Origin: Octopus vulgaris
Taxonomy: Eukaryota
Assembly (NCBI GenBank): GCA_951406725.2
Contig: OX597815.1
Span: 185,752,001-185,816,000 of the forward strand
Direction of reading: 5' to 3'
DNA: 64,000 bases
Of the stretch, positions 24,961 through 37,209 are shown in pieces (position 1 is the stretch's first letter; each line of letters begins with the position of its first letter). The position numbers were made by a program, and so were the translations under genes. Below the pieces are notes generated by a model. That model did no database searches. It saw only the letters and a program-made list of their open reading frames with translations, and was not told the origin of the DNA.

Positions 24961-26266
24961 AAAAACGACATACATTCACTGCACCCTGTGATGTGTATAT
25001 GTTTATGTGTCTGTGCTTGTATATGTTTATGTGTCTGTGCTTGACAACCAATGCTGGTGTGTTTACATCCTTGTAACTTAGTGATTCAGCAAAAGGAACC
25101 AATAGAATAAGTACTAGGCTTACACAGAATAAGGCCTGGGTTTGATTTGCTCAACTAAAGGCAGTGCTCCAGCATGGCCACAAACAAATGACTGAAACAA
25201 GTAAAAGAATAAAATAATATATATATATATGTATCGCAATCAAAATCAAATTCGATGACTGGCATCTGTGCTAGTGGAGCGCTAAGAGTACCATATGAGC
25301 ATGATCATTGCCAGAGCAACAAGCTGGCCTCCATGCTGATGGCATGTAAAAAGCACCATTCAAGTGTGATCGTTACCGCCGTTGCCTTACTGGTACTTGT
25401 GCTGGTGGCATGTGCACAAACATTCGAGCAAGGTCGTTGTCAGAGCCGCTGGACTGGCTCCTGTGCAGAGGTGGCACATAAAAAGCACCATTTGAGCATG
25501 GCCGCTGCCAGTACTGCCTGACTGGCCCTTGTGCCGGTGGCATGTAAAAGCACCCACTACACTCTTAGAGTGGTTGGCATTAGGAAGGGCATCCAGCTGT
25601 AGAAACTCTGCCAGATTAGATTGTGCCTGGTGCAGCCATCTGGTTCGCCAGACCTCAGTCGAATCGCCCAACCCATGCTATCATAGAAAGCGGACATTAA
25701 ACGATGATGATGATGATGTATGTATATGATCATCTTGAATTAGCTACATCTTTGGAAGACATTTACAGTTTTATTGCTATATCAATGGAAGGCAGCTATA
25801 TTTTACCAAATACCTAGACTTTGCAAAATTTAAATTAATTGAAATACATCAGAGAACACAGACAAAATATATCATGAAATTAATAATAATTTCGACCATA
25901 AACAGATTGTGAAATAGCTTATGGCTGATTGAAACGTCATTAATACTTTATTAAATCATACCCAAATGTCTAAAGAAACCGAGGAATGAAGCATTCGGCC
26001 ATGTAGTTCCAACATACAGGAAGATGGAATTTCTGTGGTTGTAAAGTTTCCAACTATAATCTACTTCAGCATGAAGAACTAAGTACTAAACAATATTCAT
26101 TTCGAATTTGGGCACAAGGCCAGCATATACTAGTAAAAGAGATAATAATGAAATAAATTTCATTTGTGTATCTTTTACCAAACATAATACCAAACATAAT
26201 CTTGAAAAAATTACTAGAAGAGATCGCTAAGAAACAGAAAGGGATCTCTTTTGCATCGTCTTGTAT

Positions 26267-26635
26267 AGGTGCAGGTATGATTGTGTGGTAAGAAGATTGA
26301 TTCCAAACTACGTGGCTCTGAGTTCAGTCCCACTGCATAGCACCTTGGGAAAATGTCATTTACTATATCCTCAGACCGACCAAAGCTTTGTGAGGGGATT
26401 TGGTAGACAGAAACTGAAAGAAGCCCATCCTATATATGCATATATATCTATGTGTGTTTGTGTCTGTATTTGTTCTCCACTGCCACTTCACAACTGGTGT
26501 TGGTTTGTTTACATTCCAGTAACTTAGCAGTTAAGCAAAAGGGACTAATAGAACAAGTACCAGCTTTTAAAAAATTGTAAGTCCTAAGGTTGATTCCTTG
26601 CCCCAGCATGACCACAGTCTAATGACTGAAACAAA
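26267..26635 (+). mobile_element. SINE family A (older copy)
   Basis: aggtgcaggtatgattgtgtgg...agttcagtccc...tgactgaaacaa. Confidence 0.85.
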
Positions 26636-26668
26636 TATAAAAAAAATAGAAAAATAAAAGTTCCTATA

Positions 26669-26914
26669 CAGTTCTGTATATGGGCCTATGGCATAGTAGT
26701 TAAGAGCATGGGCTACTAACCCCAAGATTTTGAGTTCTATTCCAAGCAGTGACCTTAACAATAATAATAATAACATCGAAAAATACATTAGGAATGAGAA
26801 CCCAGGTTTGAAATTTCCCCAAGACACCTGAAGAAGGCTGGAGGGTATATCAGCCGAAATGTTGTGTTAACAACTAACAAGATGAGGACAAATATCCGTC
26901 AAACGTAAATAATG
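26669..26914 (+). mobile_element. Family D: tRNA-headed element carrying an HHR
   Basis: Short inverted tail cagttctgtat; head gggcctatggcatagtagttaag...gagttctattcc; (aat)n; HHR at 26823-26868; TSD taaaagttcctata (26655-26668 / 26915-26928). Confidence 0.8.
26823..26868 (+). ncRNA. Minimal HHR of family D
   Basis: gacac CTGAAGA a ggctg gagggtatat cagcc GAAAT GTT gtgtt. Confidence 0.75.
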
Positions 26915-27452
26915 TAAAAGTTCCTATATTTGAGACCCCTTCCACTCACACATCTGTTCCCCTCAACGTCCTGATGAGGAAAGAGGCTGTTCAAATGCCT
27001 CACTCCTTGATGTGACATCAGTTCTCCTCACTTCTGACCCCTAATCTCACCCTTCCTCCTACACTTGGAAGCAACACCTCCCTTCATTCCTTCACAGTTC
27101 TCTTAGCATTTCTAGTTTTCTACAACTAATTAGCAATTTTATACATGTTGTAATTATTCTTCCTTCTGTGTTTCATTAACGAGGTCACAACACTGAAACA
27201 ACGTCTAAGGTTGTCTCCTGAATTAACGAAATCAATTAAAAAAAAATATTTAATGACATATTGTTTTCCTCCTCACAATGTAATTCTTTAAAGTTCCTTT
27301 CCGAAACGTTAACATAGCTGATGGTGGAATGCAGGTGAGACTGGAGAATATCAGGATTCTTAGAGGAATCATTCAGGTGATATAGTGCGTATACAGATGC
27401 AACTGCAGATCTAAGCAATCTATGCCAGCAGCATGGAAACGCTTAATGCAGT

Positions 27453-27485
27453 AATGATGATGATGATGATGATGATGACACTGCT

Positions 27486-27516
<31 letters not shown>

Positions 27517-28201
27517 ATGATGGCACTTGTTGCTGCTGCTGATGATGATGGTGACACTTGCTGCTGCTGATGATGATGATGGTGACACTGCTGTTGCTGC
27601 TGCTGCTGATGATGATGTTGGAGACACTGCTGCTGATGATGATGACACTTGTTGCTGCTGATAATGAGGATAATGGTGACACTGTTGTTGCTGCTGCTGC
27701 TGATGATGATGATGGTGACACTGCTGCTGCTGCTGCTGATGATGATGGTGACACTGCTGCTGCTGCTGCTGCTGATGATGATGACACTTGTTGCTGCTGA
27801 TAATGAGGATAATGGTGACACTGTTGTTGCTGCTGCTGCTGCTGATGATGATGGTGACACTGCTGCTGCTGATGATGATGATGGTGACACTGCTGCTGCT
27901 GCTGCTGATGATGATGGTGACACTGCTGCTGCTGCTGATGATGATGATGGTGACACTGCTGCTGCTGCTGCTGATGATGATGATGATGACACTTGCTGCT
28001 GCTGCTGATGATGATGATGATGACACTTGCTGCTGCTGATAATGAGGATAATGGTGACACTGTTGTTGCTGCTGCTGCTGATGATGATGGTGACACTGCT
28101 GCTGCTGCTGCTGATGATGATGGTGACACTGCTGCTGCTGCTGCTGATGATGATGATGGTGACACTGTTGCTGCTGCTGATGATGATGATGATGACACTG
28201 T

Positions 28202-28233
<32 letters not shown>

Positions 28234-28413
28234 ACACTGCTGCTGCTGCTGATGATGATGATGGTGACACTGCTGCTGCTGCTGCTGATGATGATGATGA
28301 CACTTGTTGCTGCTGATAATGAGGATAATGGTGACACTGTTGTTGCTGCTGCTGCTGATGATGATGATGGTGACACTGCTGCTGCTGCTGATGATGATGA
28401 TGGTGACACTGCT

Positions 28414-28444
<31 letters not shown>

Positions 28445-29690
28445 ACACTTGTTGCTGCTGCTGATAATGAGGATAATGGTGACACTGTTGTTGCTGCTGC
28501 TGCTGATGATGATGATGACACTGACACTGCTGCTGCTGCTGCTGATGATGATGGTGACACTGCTGCTGCTGCTGATGATGATGATGGTGACACTGCTGCT
28601 GCTGCTGCTGATGATGATGGTGACACTTGCTGCTGCTGCTGATGATGATGATGGTGACACTGCTGCTGCTGCTGCTGATGATGATGATGACACTGTTGCT
28701 GCTCCAGCTGCTGCTGCTGATGATGATGGTGACACTTTTGTTGCTGCTGCTGCTGCTGCTGATGCTGATAGTGACACTGCTGCTGATGATGATGACACTG
28801 CTGTTGCTGCTACTGCTGATTATGATGGTGACACTGTTGCTGGTGCGGCTGCTGCTGATGATGGAGACACTACTGCTGCTGCTGATGATGATGATGGTGA
28901 CACTTGCTGCTGCTGATGATGATGATGATGACAATGTTGCTGCTGCGACTGCTGCTGATGATGGAGACACTACTGCTGCTGCTGCTGATGATGATGGTGA
29001 CACTTGCTGCTGCTGCTGATGATGATGATGACACTGTTGCTGGTGCGGCTGCTGCTGATGATGAAGACCATACTGCTGCTGCTGCTGATGATGATGGTGA
29101 CACTTGCTGCTGCTGCTGCTGATGATGATGACACTGTTGCTGGTGCGGCTGCTGCTGATGATGGAGACACTACTGCTGCTGCTGATGATGATGATGGTGA
29201 CACTTGCTGCTGCTGCTGATGATGATGATGATGACACTGTTGCTGGTGCGGCTGCTGCTGATGATGGAGACACTACTGCTGCTGCTGCTGATGATGATGG
29301 TGACACTTGCTGCTGCTGCTGCTGATGATGATGACACTGTTGCTGGTGCGGCTGCTGCTGATGATGGAGACACTACTGCTGCTGCTGATGATGATGATGG
29401 TGACACTTGCTGCTGCTGCTGATGATGATGATGACACTGTTGCTGGTGCGGCTGCTGCTGATGATGGAGACACTACTGCTGCTGCTGATGATGATGATGG
29501 TGACACTTGCTGCTGCTGCTGATGATGATGATGACACTGTTGCTGGTGCGGCTGCTGCTGATGATGGAGACACTACTGCTGCTGCTGATGATGATGATGG
29601 TGGTGACACTTGCTGCTGCTGCTGATGATGATGATGACAATGTTGCTGCTGCAACTGCTGCTGATGATGGTGGTGGTGGTGACAACAAAA
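27453..29690. repeat. Compound (GCT)n(GAT)n satellite with gacact linkers
   Basis: Unit ggtgacact(gct)n(gat)n, with a ~100-103-bp higher-order unit from ~28830 to 29620. Confidence 0.97.
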
Positions 29691-30954
29691 ACAAAAGTGA
29701 CAGTAATGATGAGGATGATGATGCCGGTAATAATTGCAGGCAAAAACAAAGATGCTTGCCAATTAGACAACGTGAAGAGGACCATACAATTAGCGATAAG
29801 TTGAATCAGTTTGAAAACATGGATGTGGCTGCTGAGAAGAAACCGTTTACCATTCTGGCAAGAATAAGATACAAATAATAGCAGGAAGAGGCAACATTCT
29901 ATACTTTGTTGTACATCTTTGTTGATTTTTAGCTTTTCCCATTGATTTCGAAGTTGTTGTTGTTGTTGTTGTTGTCTGTAATGGTGCAGGTACTTATTTT
30001 GTTTGTCTATTAATCATGGTTGTATTTTTTTTTTGTATTGCTATTTTTGTTTTTGTTGTTGCTGCTGCTGCTCATGGTCGGGAGTTGTGCTTTGTTGTTT
30101 TTTTTTGTTTTTGTTTATGTTTTTTTTTTCTTTGTCACATTGTTTTGTTAACTGTTGTTGCTGTCATATTTGTAATTAGATTTGATAAGAAATAAGTCTT
30201 CGATATATATATACACACATACCTACATGCACACATACACACATACACACATGTTTGCATGTATGTATATATCCACATATACACACATGTATTTTTGTTC
30301 ATGGATGTATTCATGTATGTGCGCGCGCACACACACACACACACACACACGCACACATACACACACGTTTGCATGTATGTATATATCCACATATGCACAC
30401 ATGTATTTTCGTGTAAGGATGTATTCATGTATGTGCACACACACACATAAACGCACATGCATACACATAAATGCACATGCACACACACACACACACACTT
30501 ATAAGGCAGTGTAGGTTTTCTTTCTAATAAGCAAAAGAAATTTGATTTTTCATTGGTCAATCTATTGGAAAGAAATGAAAGCAAATTTATAATGATGCAA
30601 CAATTTCTTTTGATGAGGCACAAGAACAATTTCTTAAGTGCCATGAATCAAAAAAGACAATCAAAAACTCCAGTCTATTGCCTTTCAGTATCTTGTGTTT
30701 AATTTCTTATCCTGAGTGATACACGACAAGAAATTTGTAGGAATTCACAATGCCGAGACTGAATTTCCATTTCACAGAGCTTCAGCTGGGGAACTTGACC
30801 TGCAGGAAGTAGCGGCCAACTCTCCCTTAAATAACACCTGGACATTTTAGATAAAAGAAAGATGTTAAATCTTGTAGTCTTATGCATTTAAAAATAACTC
30901 CAAAAATATGAAAGCCACAGGGGCTGGAATGTCTTTGATATTAAAGTCTGCTCA

Positions 30955-31790
30955 AAGGCAGCAAGCTGGCAGAATTGTTAGCATGCTGGGTGAAATGCTT
31001 TGTGGCGTTTTGTCTGTCGCCACGTTCTGAGTTCAAATTCCGCCGAGGTCGACTTTGCCTTTCGTCCTCTCAGGTTGATAAATTAAGTACCAGTTACACA
31101 CTGGGGTCGATGTAATCGACTTAATACCTATGTCTGTCCTTGTTTGTCCCCTCTGTGTTTAGCCCCTTGTGGGTAATAAAGAAATACGTATTTCGTCTGC
31201 TGCTACATTCTGAGTTCAAATTCCGCTGAGGTCGACTTTGCCTTTCATCCTTTTGGGATCAATTAGATAAGTACCAATTACACACTGGGGTCGATATAAT
31301 CTACTTAATCCGTTTGTCTGTCCTTGTTTGTCCTCTCTGTGTTTAGCCCCTTGTGGGCAATAAAGAAATAAGAATTGTTAGCACACTGGACAAAATGCTT
31401 AGTAGTATTTCGCCTGTCACTACGTTTCGAGTTCAAGTTCTGCCGAGGGCGACTTTGCCTTTCATCCTTTCAGAGTCAATAAATTAAGTACCAGTGAAAC
31501 ACTGGGACTGATGCAATTGACTAGTTCCCTCCCCCAAAATTTCAAGGCCTTGTACCTTCAGTAGAAAAGATATTAAAGTCTGCTGAAAGGCAGCGAGCTG
31601 GCAGAATTATTAACTGTGCCAGGAAAAATGCTTAATGACATTTCTTCTGACTTTACGTTCTGAGTTCAAATTCTGCCAGGGTCGACTTTACGTTTTATCC
31701 TTTCAGGGTTGATAAATTAAGTACCAGTTGAACACTGGGGTTGATATAATCAACTTATTTCCTCCTTTGAAATTGCTTGCCTTGTGTCAG
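30955..31790 (+). mobile_element. SINE family B cluster (dimer plus older copies)
   Basis: Four copies of gagttcaaattc...gactttgcctttcatccttt...aagtaccag. Confidence 0.88.
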
Positions 31791-32265
31791 AAGTTGAAAT
31801 TTATGTTCAGTCTGTTTGATTAGGGTGTAACTGGAGGCTAAGCTTTAACAGCAGCTAGCTCTACCCTAGGGTATGACAAGGACTTATCGTATTGAAATCC
31901 AAAGGAAGGACTGAACCAGCCCATCTTGATCATGTATAAAATCTTGGAATATAGAGAACAAAAATTAGAGAGCCCTCTGAAACATTTAGTCAAGCATTTA
32001 CCATTTGTGCAGCTCCACCAACTTAGACCCTTTATAATATAGGAATATAAAATATGGGAGCTTAGTTCACAGGCGATCTAAATGACTAGGTATGCTGGGT
32101 AAGTGCTGTATTGGATTACTAGGGCTCCAAGGTTGTAGCTGAGACAGTAGTTATGGAACCATTGTAGATTTCTGATATAGTAGACATAATTGTTAAAGAG
32201 AACAACAAATGTTAAGGCAAGGTAAACATCTCAAGTTGTATACAATATTATTGGAAAAATTCAAA

Positions 32266-32321
32266 GTCTTACAGTTGTTTCTGGGATATCCCAACGTATG
32301 GGATATTCCATCATCAGAGAC
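32266..32321 (-). ncRNA. Type-I HHR, canonical core
   Basis: Minus strand: gtct CTGATGA tggaatatccca tacgt tgggatatccca GAAAC aact GTA agac. Confidence 0.8.
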
Positions 32322-32410
32322 AAATAGGGAAAATGAGAAGGGTATAGATTAATGAAACGATGACACAGAGGACAGAAGAAAAGGAATAAGGAGATGAAGA
32401 AAAAGAAAAA

Positions 32411-33505
32411 GAGGTTGTCACAGTTCTAGGACAGCACTCTTCGCCCTATGAGATGACATCTGGTGTACCGCAGGGATCTGTTCTTGGCCCCCTTTTATTT
32501 GTTGCATATGTTAATGACATAGATGCCAACTTAAAGAATGCCACAGTGCTGAAATATGCAGATGACATCAAGCTGTACCTCGAAATAAAGAGGTCAAATC
32601 CTGTACACTATGGATCTCTATTGCAAGCAGACCTGGACACAATGCAGCAGTGGATCATGGACTGGCAACTCAAGCTGGCTGTGGACAAATGTACCACCAT
32701 GCATTTTGGGAGGAGAAACCCAGCGTCCACCTACTCCTTCCACAACACTAGTCTCAAAAAGTCTTCAAGTGAAAGTGACCTGGGTGTTATTGTCGACAGT
32801 GATTTGCGTTGGACAAAACACATCGCTAAAATTGTCAAGAAGGCTGAGGGTGTCTTGGCATCACTCACCAAATCCTTTGTGAGCCGCTCTCCGGCTATCT
32901 ATCTGCGGCTTTATATAGCTATGGTAAGACCTCACCTGGAATTTGCATCACCGGTCTGGAACCCCTATCTTGCCCAGGACATCAATCGTCTGGAAGCTGT
33001 TCAGCGATGTGCAACCAAAAGAATACCCTCCATCAGGCATTTGCCATATCCTGAACGCCTTACTTCCCTGGGCATGGACACATTGAAACTCCGACGTCTG
33101 GCAGCTGACTTGGCAGACACCCATAAAATTATCAACCATCGCACAAACAATAACTCTGAGCACCTCTTCAAACTCCACCCATTTAACACCCGTAGACATA
33201 TTTACAAAGTAAGAAAACAGCACAGCTCCCATGACTTCAGGAAACATTTTTTCACGCTGAGAGTTGCTGAAGCATGGAACAAACTGCCGGCATCGGTTGT
33301 TAGTTGTCGGAGCACTGCATCCTTCAAAACTTCCTGAGATTCGCCAACACTACACTTGATTTTCTCCCCTCCATACACACACAAGCATGTATCTGACCCA
33401 TATACTGTTCACTTTCCAGACATTTCTACATTACTGCATGTACTTTATATGCACTTTCTGACAAGTTGTGGTGCACCTGAGCACTGTATACAATAATTTC
33501 ATTAT
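32411..33505 (+). mobile_element. 5'-truncated CR1/L2-group LINE
   Basis: The RT frame begins abruptly at EVVTVLGQHS and is followed by a 3' UTR after 33337. Confidence 0.9.
32453..33337 (+). CDS. Non-LTR reverse transcriptase C-terminal fragment (open, but lacks the endonuclease and early RT domains)
   Basis: SGVPQGSVLGPLLF, YADD, DLGV, VRPHLEFASPVW, LEAVQR..TKRI and FFTLRVAEAWNKLP motifs. Confidence 0.9.
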   Translation: MTSGVPQGSVLGPLLFVAYVNDIDANLKNATVLKYADDIKLYLEIKRSNPVHYGSLLQADLDTMQQWIMDWQLKLAVDKCTTMHFGRRNPASTYSFHNTSLKKSSSESDLGVIVDSDLRWTKHIAKIVKKAEGVLASLTKSFVSRSPAIYLRLYIAMVRPHLEFASPVWNPYLAQDINRLEAVQRCATKRIPSIRHLPYPERLTSLGMDTLKLRRLAADLADTHKIINHRTNNNSEHLFKLHPFNTRRHIYKVRKQHSSHDFRKHFFTLRVAEAWNKLPASVVSCRSTASFKTS

Positions 33506-33797
33506 ATATAAAAGTAAAGATCCCAGTAATGATAACGTATATGATTTGAGATGTTTGTCTTGCCTTAACATTTGTTGACCCCTTTATGAATTGTAATCTA
33601 AGAATATGAGCACATTTGACATACTGAGCCAAAAAATAATTGAAATTTCATCCTTAGTGATAAAAAGAGTACATTTCTTAAATGGCTGATTAACAAAAAG
33701 TTTATACAAGGAACACACAATTCAGAAATTTGAATTAAGAGTAGCAAGATATATTATACTGTTATGAATGAATTTGTTCAATAGCCTACAGTGACAA

Positions 33798-33838
33798 TTC
33801 CAAACATGTTTCAGTCATATTAGACCTCGTCAGTGAAA
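33798..33838 (-). ncRNA. Minimal HHR (CpG-decayed)
   Basis: Minus strand: ttca CTGACGA ggtc taatat gact GAAAC at GTT tgga; palindromic aacatgtt. Confidence 0.6.
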
Positions 33839-33929
33839 CACAGTGTAATTGCTATGGCAGCTGTCAGCTGTGGAGAGGAATATAGAAGATTTGTGTGAAT
33901 GACCACTGAGGGATACTATATAATAAAAA

Positions 33930-34812
33930 TAAGAAGCATGATCTTCGAACTTTGAGCTCGCGGAGGCAATGACTAGTGACCGAGACCTTTGGCAATATGC
34001 TGTGCTTGTGAAGACCTGTCAAGCCAAGTAAAATTGAAGTCATGGCTGAAGCTGGTGTCACGAAACTGGCACTTGTGTTGGTGACATATAAAGAGCACCT
34101 TTCGAGCATTTGGCTTCATGGAGGCCAAGTGGCTGAGTTCCTTTTCAATGTTGGGTCTCAGGGAGGCCAAGTGGCTGAGTTACTTTTGAGTGTTGGGTCT
34201 CACGGAGGCCAAGTGGCTGAGTTCCTTTTGAGCTTTGGGTCTCAGGGATGCCAAGTGACTGAGTTCCTTTTGAGCATTGGGTCTCAAGGAGGCCAAGTGG
34301 CTGAGTTCCTTTTGAGTGTTGGGTCTCAGGGAGGCCAAGTGGCTGAGTTCCTTTTGAGTGTTGGGTCTCAGGGAGGCCAAGTGGCTGAGTTCCTTTTGAG
34401 CTTTGAGTCTCAGGGACGCCAAGTGACTGAGATTCTTTTGAGCATTGGGTCTCAAGGAGGCCAAGTGGCTGAGTTCCTTTTGAGCATAGTGTCTCAGGGA
34501 GGCCAAGTGGCTGAGTTCCTTTTGAGTGTTGGGCCTCACAGAGGCAATGACCAAGACTTTTGGTATTATGTTATGCTTGAGAAGAAGACCCCCCCGCTTC
34601 AAGCCGAGCAAAATCGTAGTTGTAGCAAATACTGGTGTCATGTAAACAGCACCTATTACACTCTCAGAGTGGTTGGCATTAGGAAGGGCATCCAGCTGTA
34701 GAAAACCATGCAAACTCAGACTGGAGTCTGGTGCAGCTTTCCAGCCCTGGTTAAACTGTCCAACCCATGCCAGCATAAACAACAGATGTTAAATGATGAT
34801 GATGATGATGAT
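33930..34812 (+). mobile_element. RTE-type LINE 3' end running into the family C tail
   Basis: KHDLRTL..EAMTSDRDLWQYAVL-like ORF end, then family C sequence and (gat)n. Confidence 0.75.
34120..34545 (+). repeat. 42-bp minisatellite, 10 copies
   Basis: ggaggccaagtggctgagttccttttgagtgttgggtctcag repeated contiguously. Confidence 0.95.
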
Positions 34813-35562
34813 GAATGATTGGTAAAGATTTATTCGAGGATAACTGTTGTCTGAAAAAACTATTACTAAAATGAATAACGATATAATGTGGTAATCTAAG
34901 AAATATTGGTTTTAAATTTTGGCACAAGGCCAGTGATTTCTGAAGAATTGGTAAGTTGATTACATTGACTCCTATGTTCAGCTGGTGCTTATCTCATCGA
35001 TCCTGAAAGGATGAAAGGTTAAGCAACCAGGACCGACTTGGTCCTTCATCAAGTGTTAATTATCTACAAGTATGACCTTCATGAAAAAAAAAAACAAGCA
35101 TGTTATAAATGATTAATTCTGGTTAAAAACAAAAAAATAGTCAAAGGAGAAAATTGAAATTTTAATTAATTAGATAAAACAGAGTAAGGAGTATACGTTT
35201 CTAAAATCAATGTGTAAGGAATGGGTTCACTTTTCCTCTGTGATAATATAGAAAAATTAAATTTATTTTACCACATTATTGACATTAATTGTTTTTAATA
35301 GTGATTGATTAAGGGTTAAAAGATTTCAGAGATAATATGAGCTCAAAACAATGAAGCTTTGAATATTGGAGATAATTAAATTTTGCTCTGTGGTGTCTCT
35401 ATTTCAAATATATGAGACAAAGAAAGAGTCAATATGTGGTCGTCGAATCTGCTAGAAATAGCCAATTCTCTCTCTAATCACACCCTACTTTTATAAAGAA
35501 ATGACTCAATAACGAATGCATTATTTCTTGGAAATAAATTGGGTTAGCCATAACTGGTATGT

Positions 35563-35869
35563 GGAGGCGCAATGGCCTAGTGGTTAGGCAGCGGACTCGC
35601 GGTCGGAGGATCGCGATTTCGATTCCCAGACCAGGCATTGTGGGTGTTTATTGAGTGAAACCACCTAAAAGCTCCATGAGGCTCCGGCAGGGGTGGTGGC
35701 AACTCCTGTTGTACTCTTTCGCCATAACTTTCTCTCACTCTCTCTTCCTGTTTCTTGAGTAACACTGTGATGGACTGGTGTCCCGTCCAGCTGGCGGGGA
35801 ACACACATGCCACAGAAACCAGGAAACCGGGTCCATGAGCCTGGCTAGGCTTGAAAAGGGCGACGTTTT
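35563..35869 (+). mobile_element. Full-length tRNA-derived SINE with a V-domain-like segment
   Basis: tggcctagtgg A box, ttcgattccc B box, gatggactggtgtcccgtccag; 13-bp TSD ataactggtatgt (35550-35562 / 35870-35882). An older relative lies near 51440-51655(-). Confidence 0.85.
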
Positions 35870-37209
35870 ATAACTGGTATGTCTTTGACTATACATCTGC
35901 TGAATCTGATCTGCCCCCAAGGGCCATGCAACAATAACAACAAATATTTCAAACTGTGATGTTATTGCATTTTTAATTACTGTACTCTTAATTTTTGTTC
36001 TGTTTGGTAAACCCTACAGGTGCTGGTGCTTTGTAAAAGACATCTATGCTGGTGTTACTTAAAAAGCACCCATGCTGTCACCACAAAGAAGGAATCCATG
36101 CTGGTGCCATGTATAAAGTCCCTGTACTGGCTCCACATATACCCATGTTGGCAGCATGTAAAAAGAACCCAGTACACTCTGCAAAGTGGTTGGTGTTAAG
36201 AAGGGCATCCAGTTGTAGAAACCATGCTAAAACAGATGACTGGAGTCTGGTGCAGCCCTCTGGCTTGCCAGCTCCTGTCAAACCCATATCAGCCTGGAAA
36301 CAGACATAAATGATGACAACAACGGTGGTGGTGGTGATGACGATGATGATGGTGGTGGTGGGGATGATGTTGACAACAATGATGGTGGTGGTGGTGGCCT
36401 GCACATTGAACCATCCTTGGATATTTCAGTAGCACATCGGATTTTCCTTCAGGAAGGGTCACTTGTCATCTTGCTCAACCCACCTCTTGTGAGGGCTTCT
36501 TTTCATGATGCAACATAACCAATTTAAGAGAAATAGGGGGAAAGCAGGCATGCAGGGAAAGAAACAGAGGAGGAGGAGGAAGAGTGATCAGAGAAAAAAA
36601 GACAAACCAGGAAGGAGCAAAGAATTTACCCAGTAAATGACTGGTACTTAGACGCGATAAGCATGAAAGTCAAAATTGACTATGGCATGGTTTGAACTCC
36701 TCAGAGAGAGCTAGACCAAATACTGTAAGTTATTTTAACTGAAGCTGTAAAAATTCTACCAATTTTCCATCTTTGAGTGCTTTAGTGGTGATATTGAAAT
36801 TATCTAAACCAAGAATTTACAAGTCTGCAGTAATGGAAAATATATAAAACAGCCGTGAAATTGTCAGTAAATAATATGATAACCATTATAACTTTTAACT
36901 AAAGCAAAAAGAATAACCGTAAAAAATATATCAAATAATGCAGTTAATCTTCTGAAAAACAGAGAGAAAAAACACATTTTTCTTATTAAATGGTTTCTTT
37001 TTCTGTTTTATGTCTTACATTTGCTAGTAATAAAATACAAATTGAAATAGTGTAATGATAAGCTCACAGTATTTGTTTCTTGTCTAAAAGAATTCATGCA
37101 ACTAATTCCAACTTGCAAATTCTAATGTAAATCAATAGATCAGAAAGTTTTGGCTGCAACGAGTCTGACCTTCTCTTAGCACCTCGTTGAGTCTTTGGTG
37201 ACTCAATGT

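Larger units (their letters stand above)
23809..24988 (+). mobile_element. Internally deleted maT/DD37D Tc1-mariner element
   Basis: Ends are cagtgtgcgatg...cactgcaccctg. Region ~24040-24523 encodes IMAFGVISSDG...QQDSAPCHT...IWPPNSPDCNLLGYYVWG...NGDFIE*. There are 37 residues between the second D and the third catalytic position (here G); a frameshift and a stop are present. Confidence 0.85.

Noticed and set aside
27373-29878. Poly-Q/H/S/A/D ORFs up to 628 aa
   Set aside because: They are open in several frames on both strands because of the trinucleotide satellite; there is no domain or splice evidence.
30699-30887. Possible exon or 62-aa ORF in unique sequence
   Set aside because: An acceptor-like site is present, but the donor is weak and there is no recognisable protein motif.
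34120-34545. CRISPR-like array
   Set aside because: The units are contiguous with no unique spacers, there are no cas genes, and the context is eukaryotic.
35563-35640. tRNA genes (also 26682, 46753 and SINE A/B heads)
   Set aside because: They have A/B boxes but no complete cloverleaf, and they continue into repeat bodies with TSDs.
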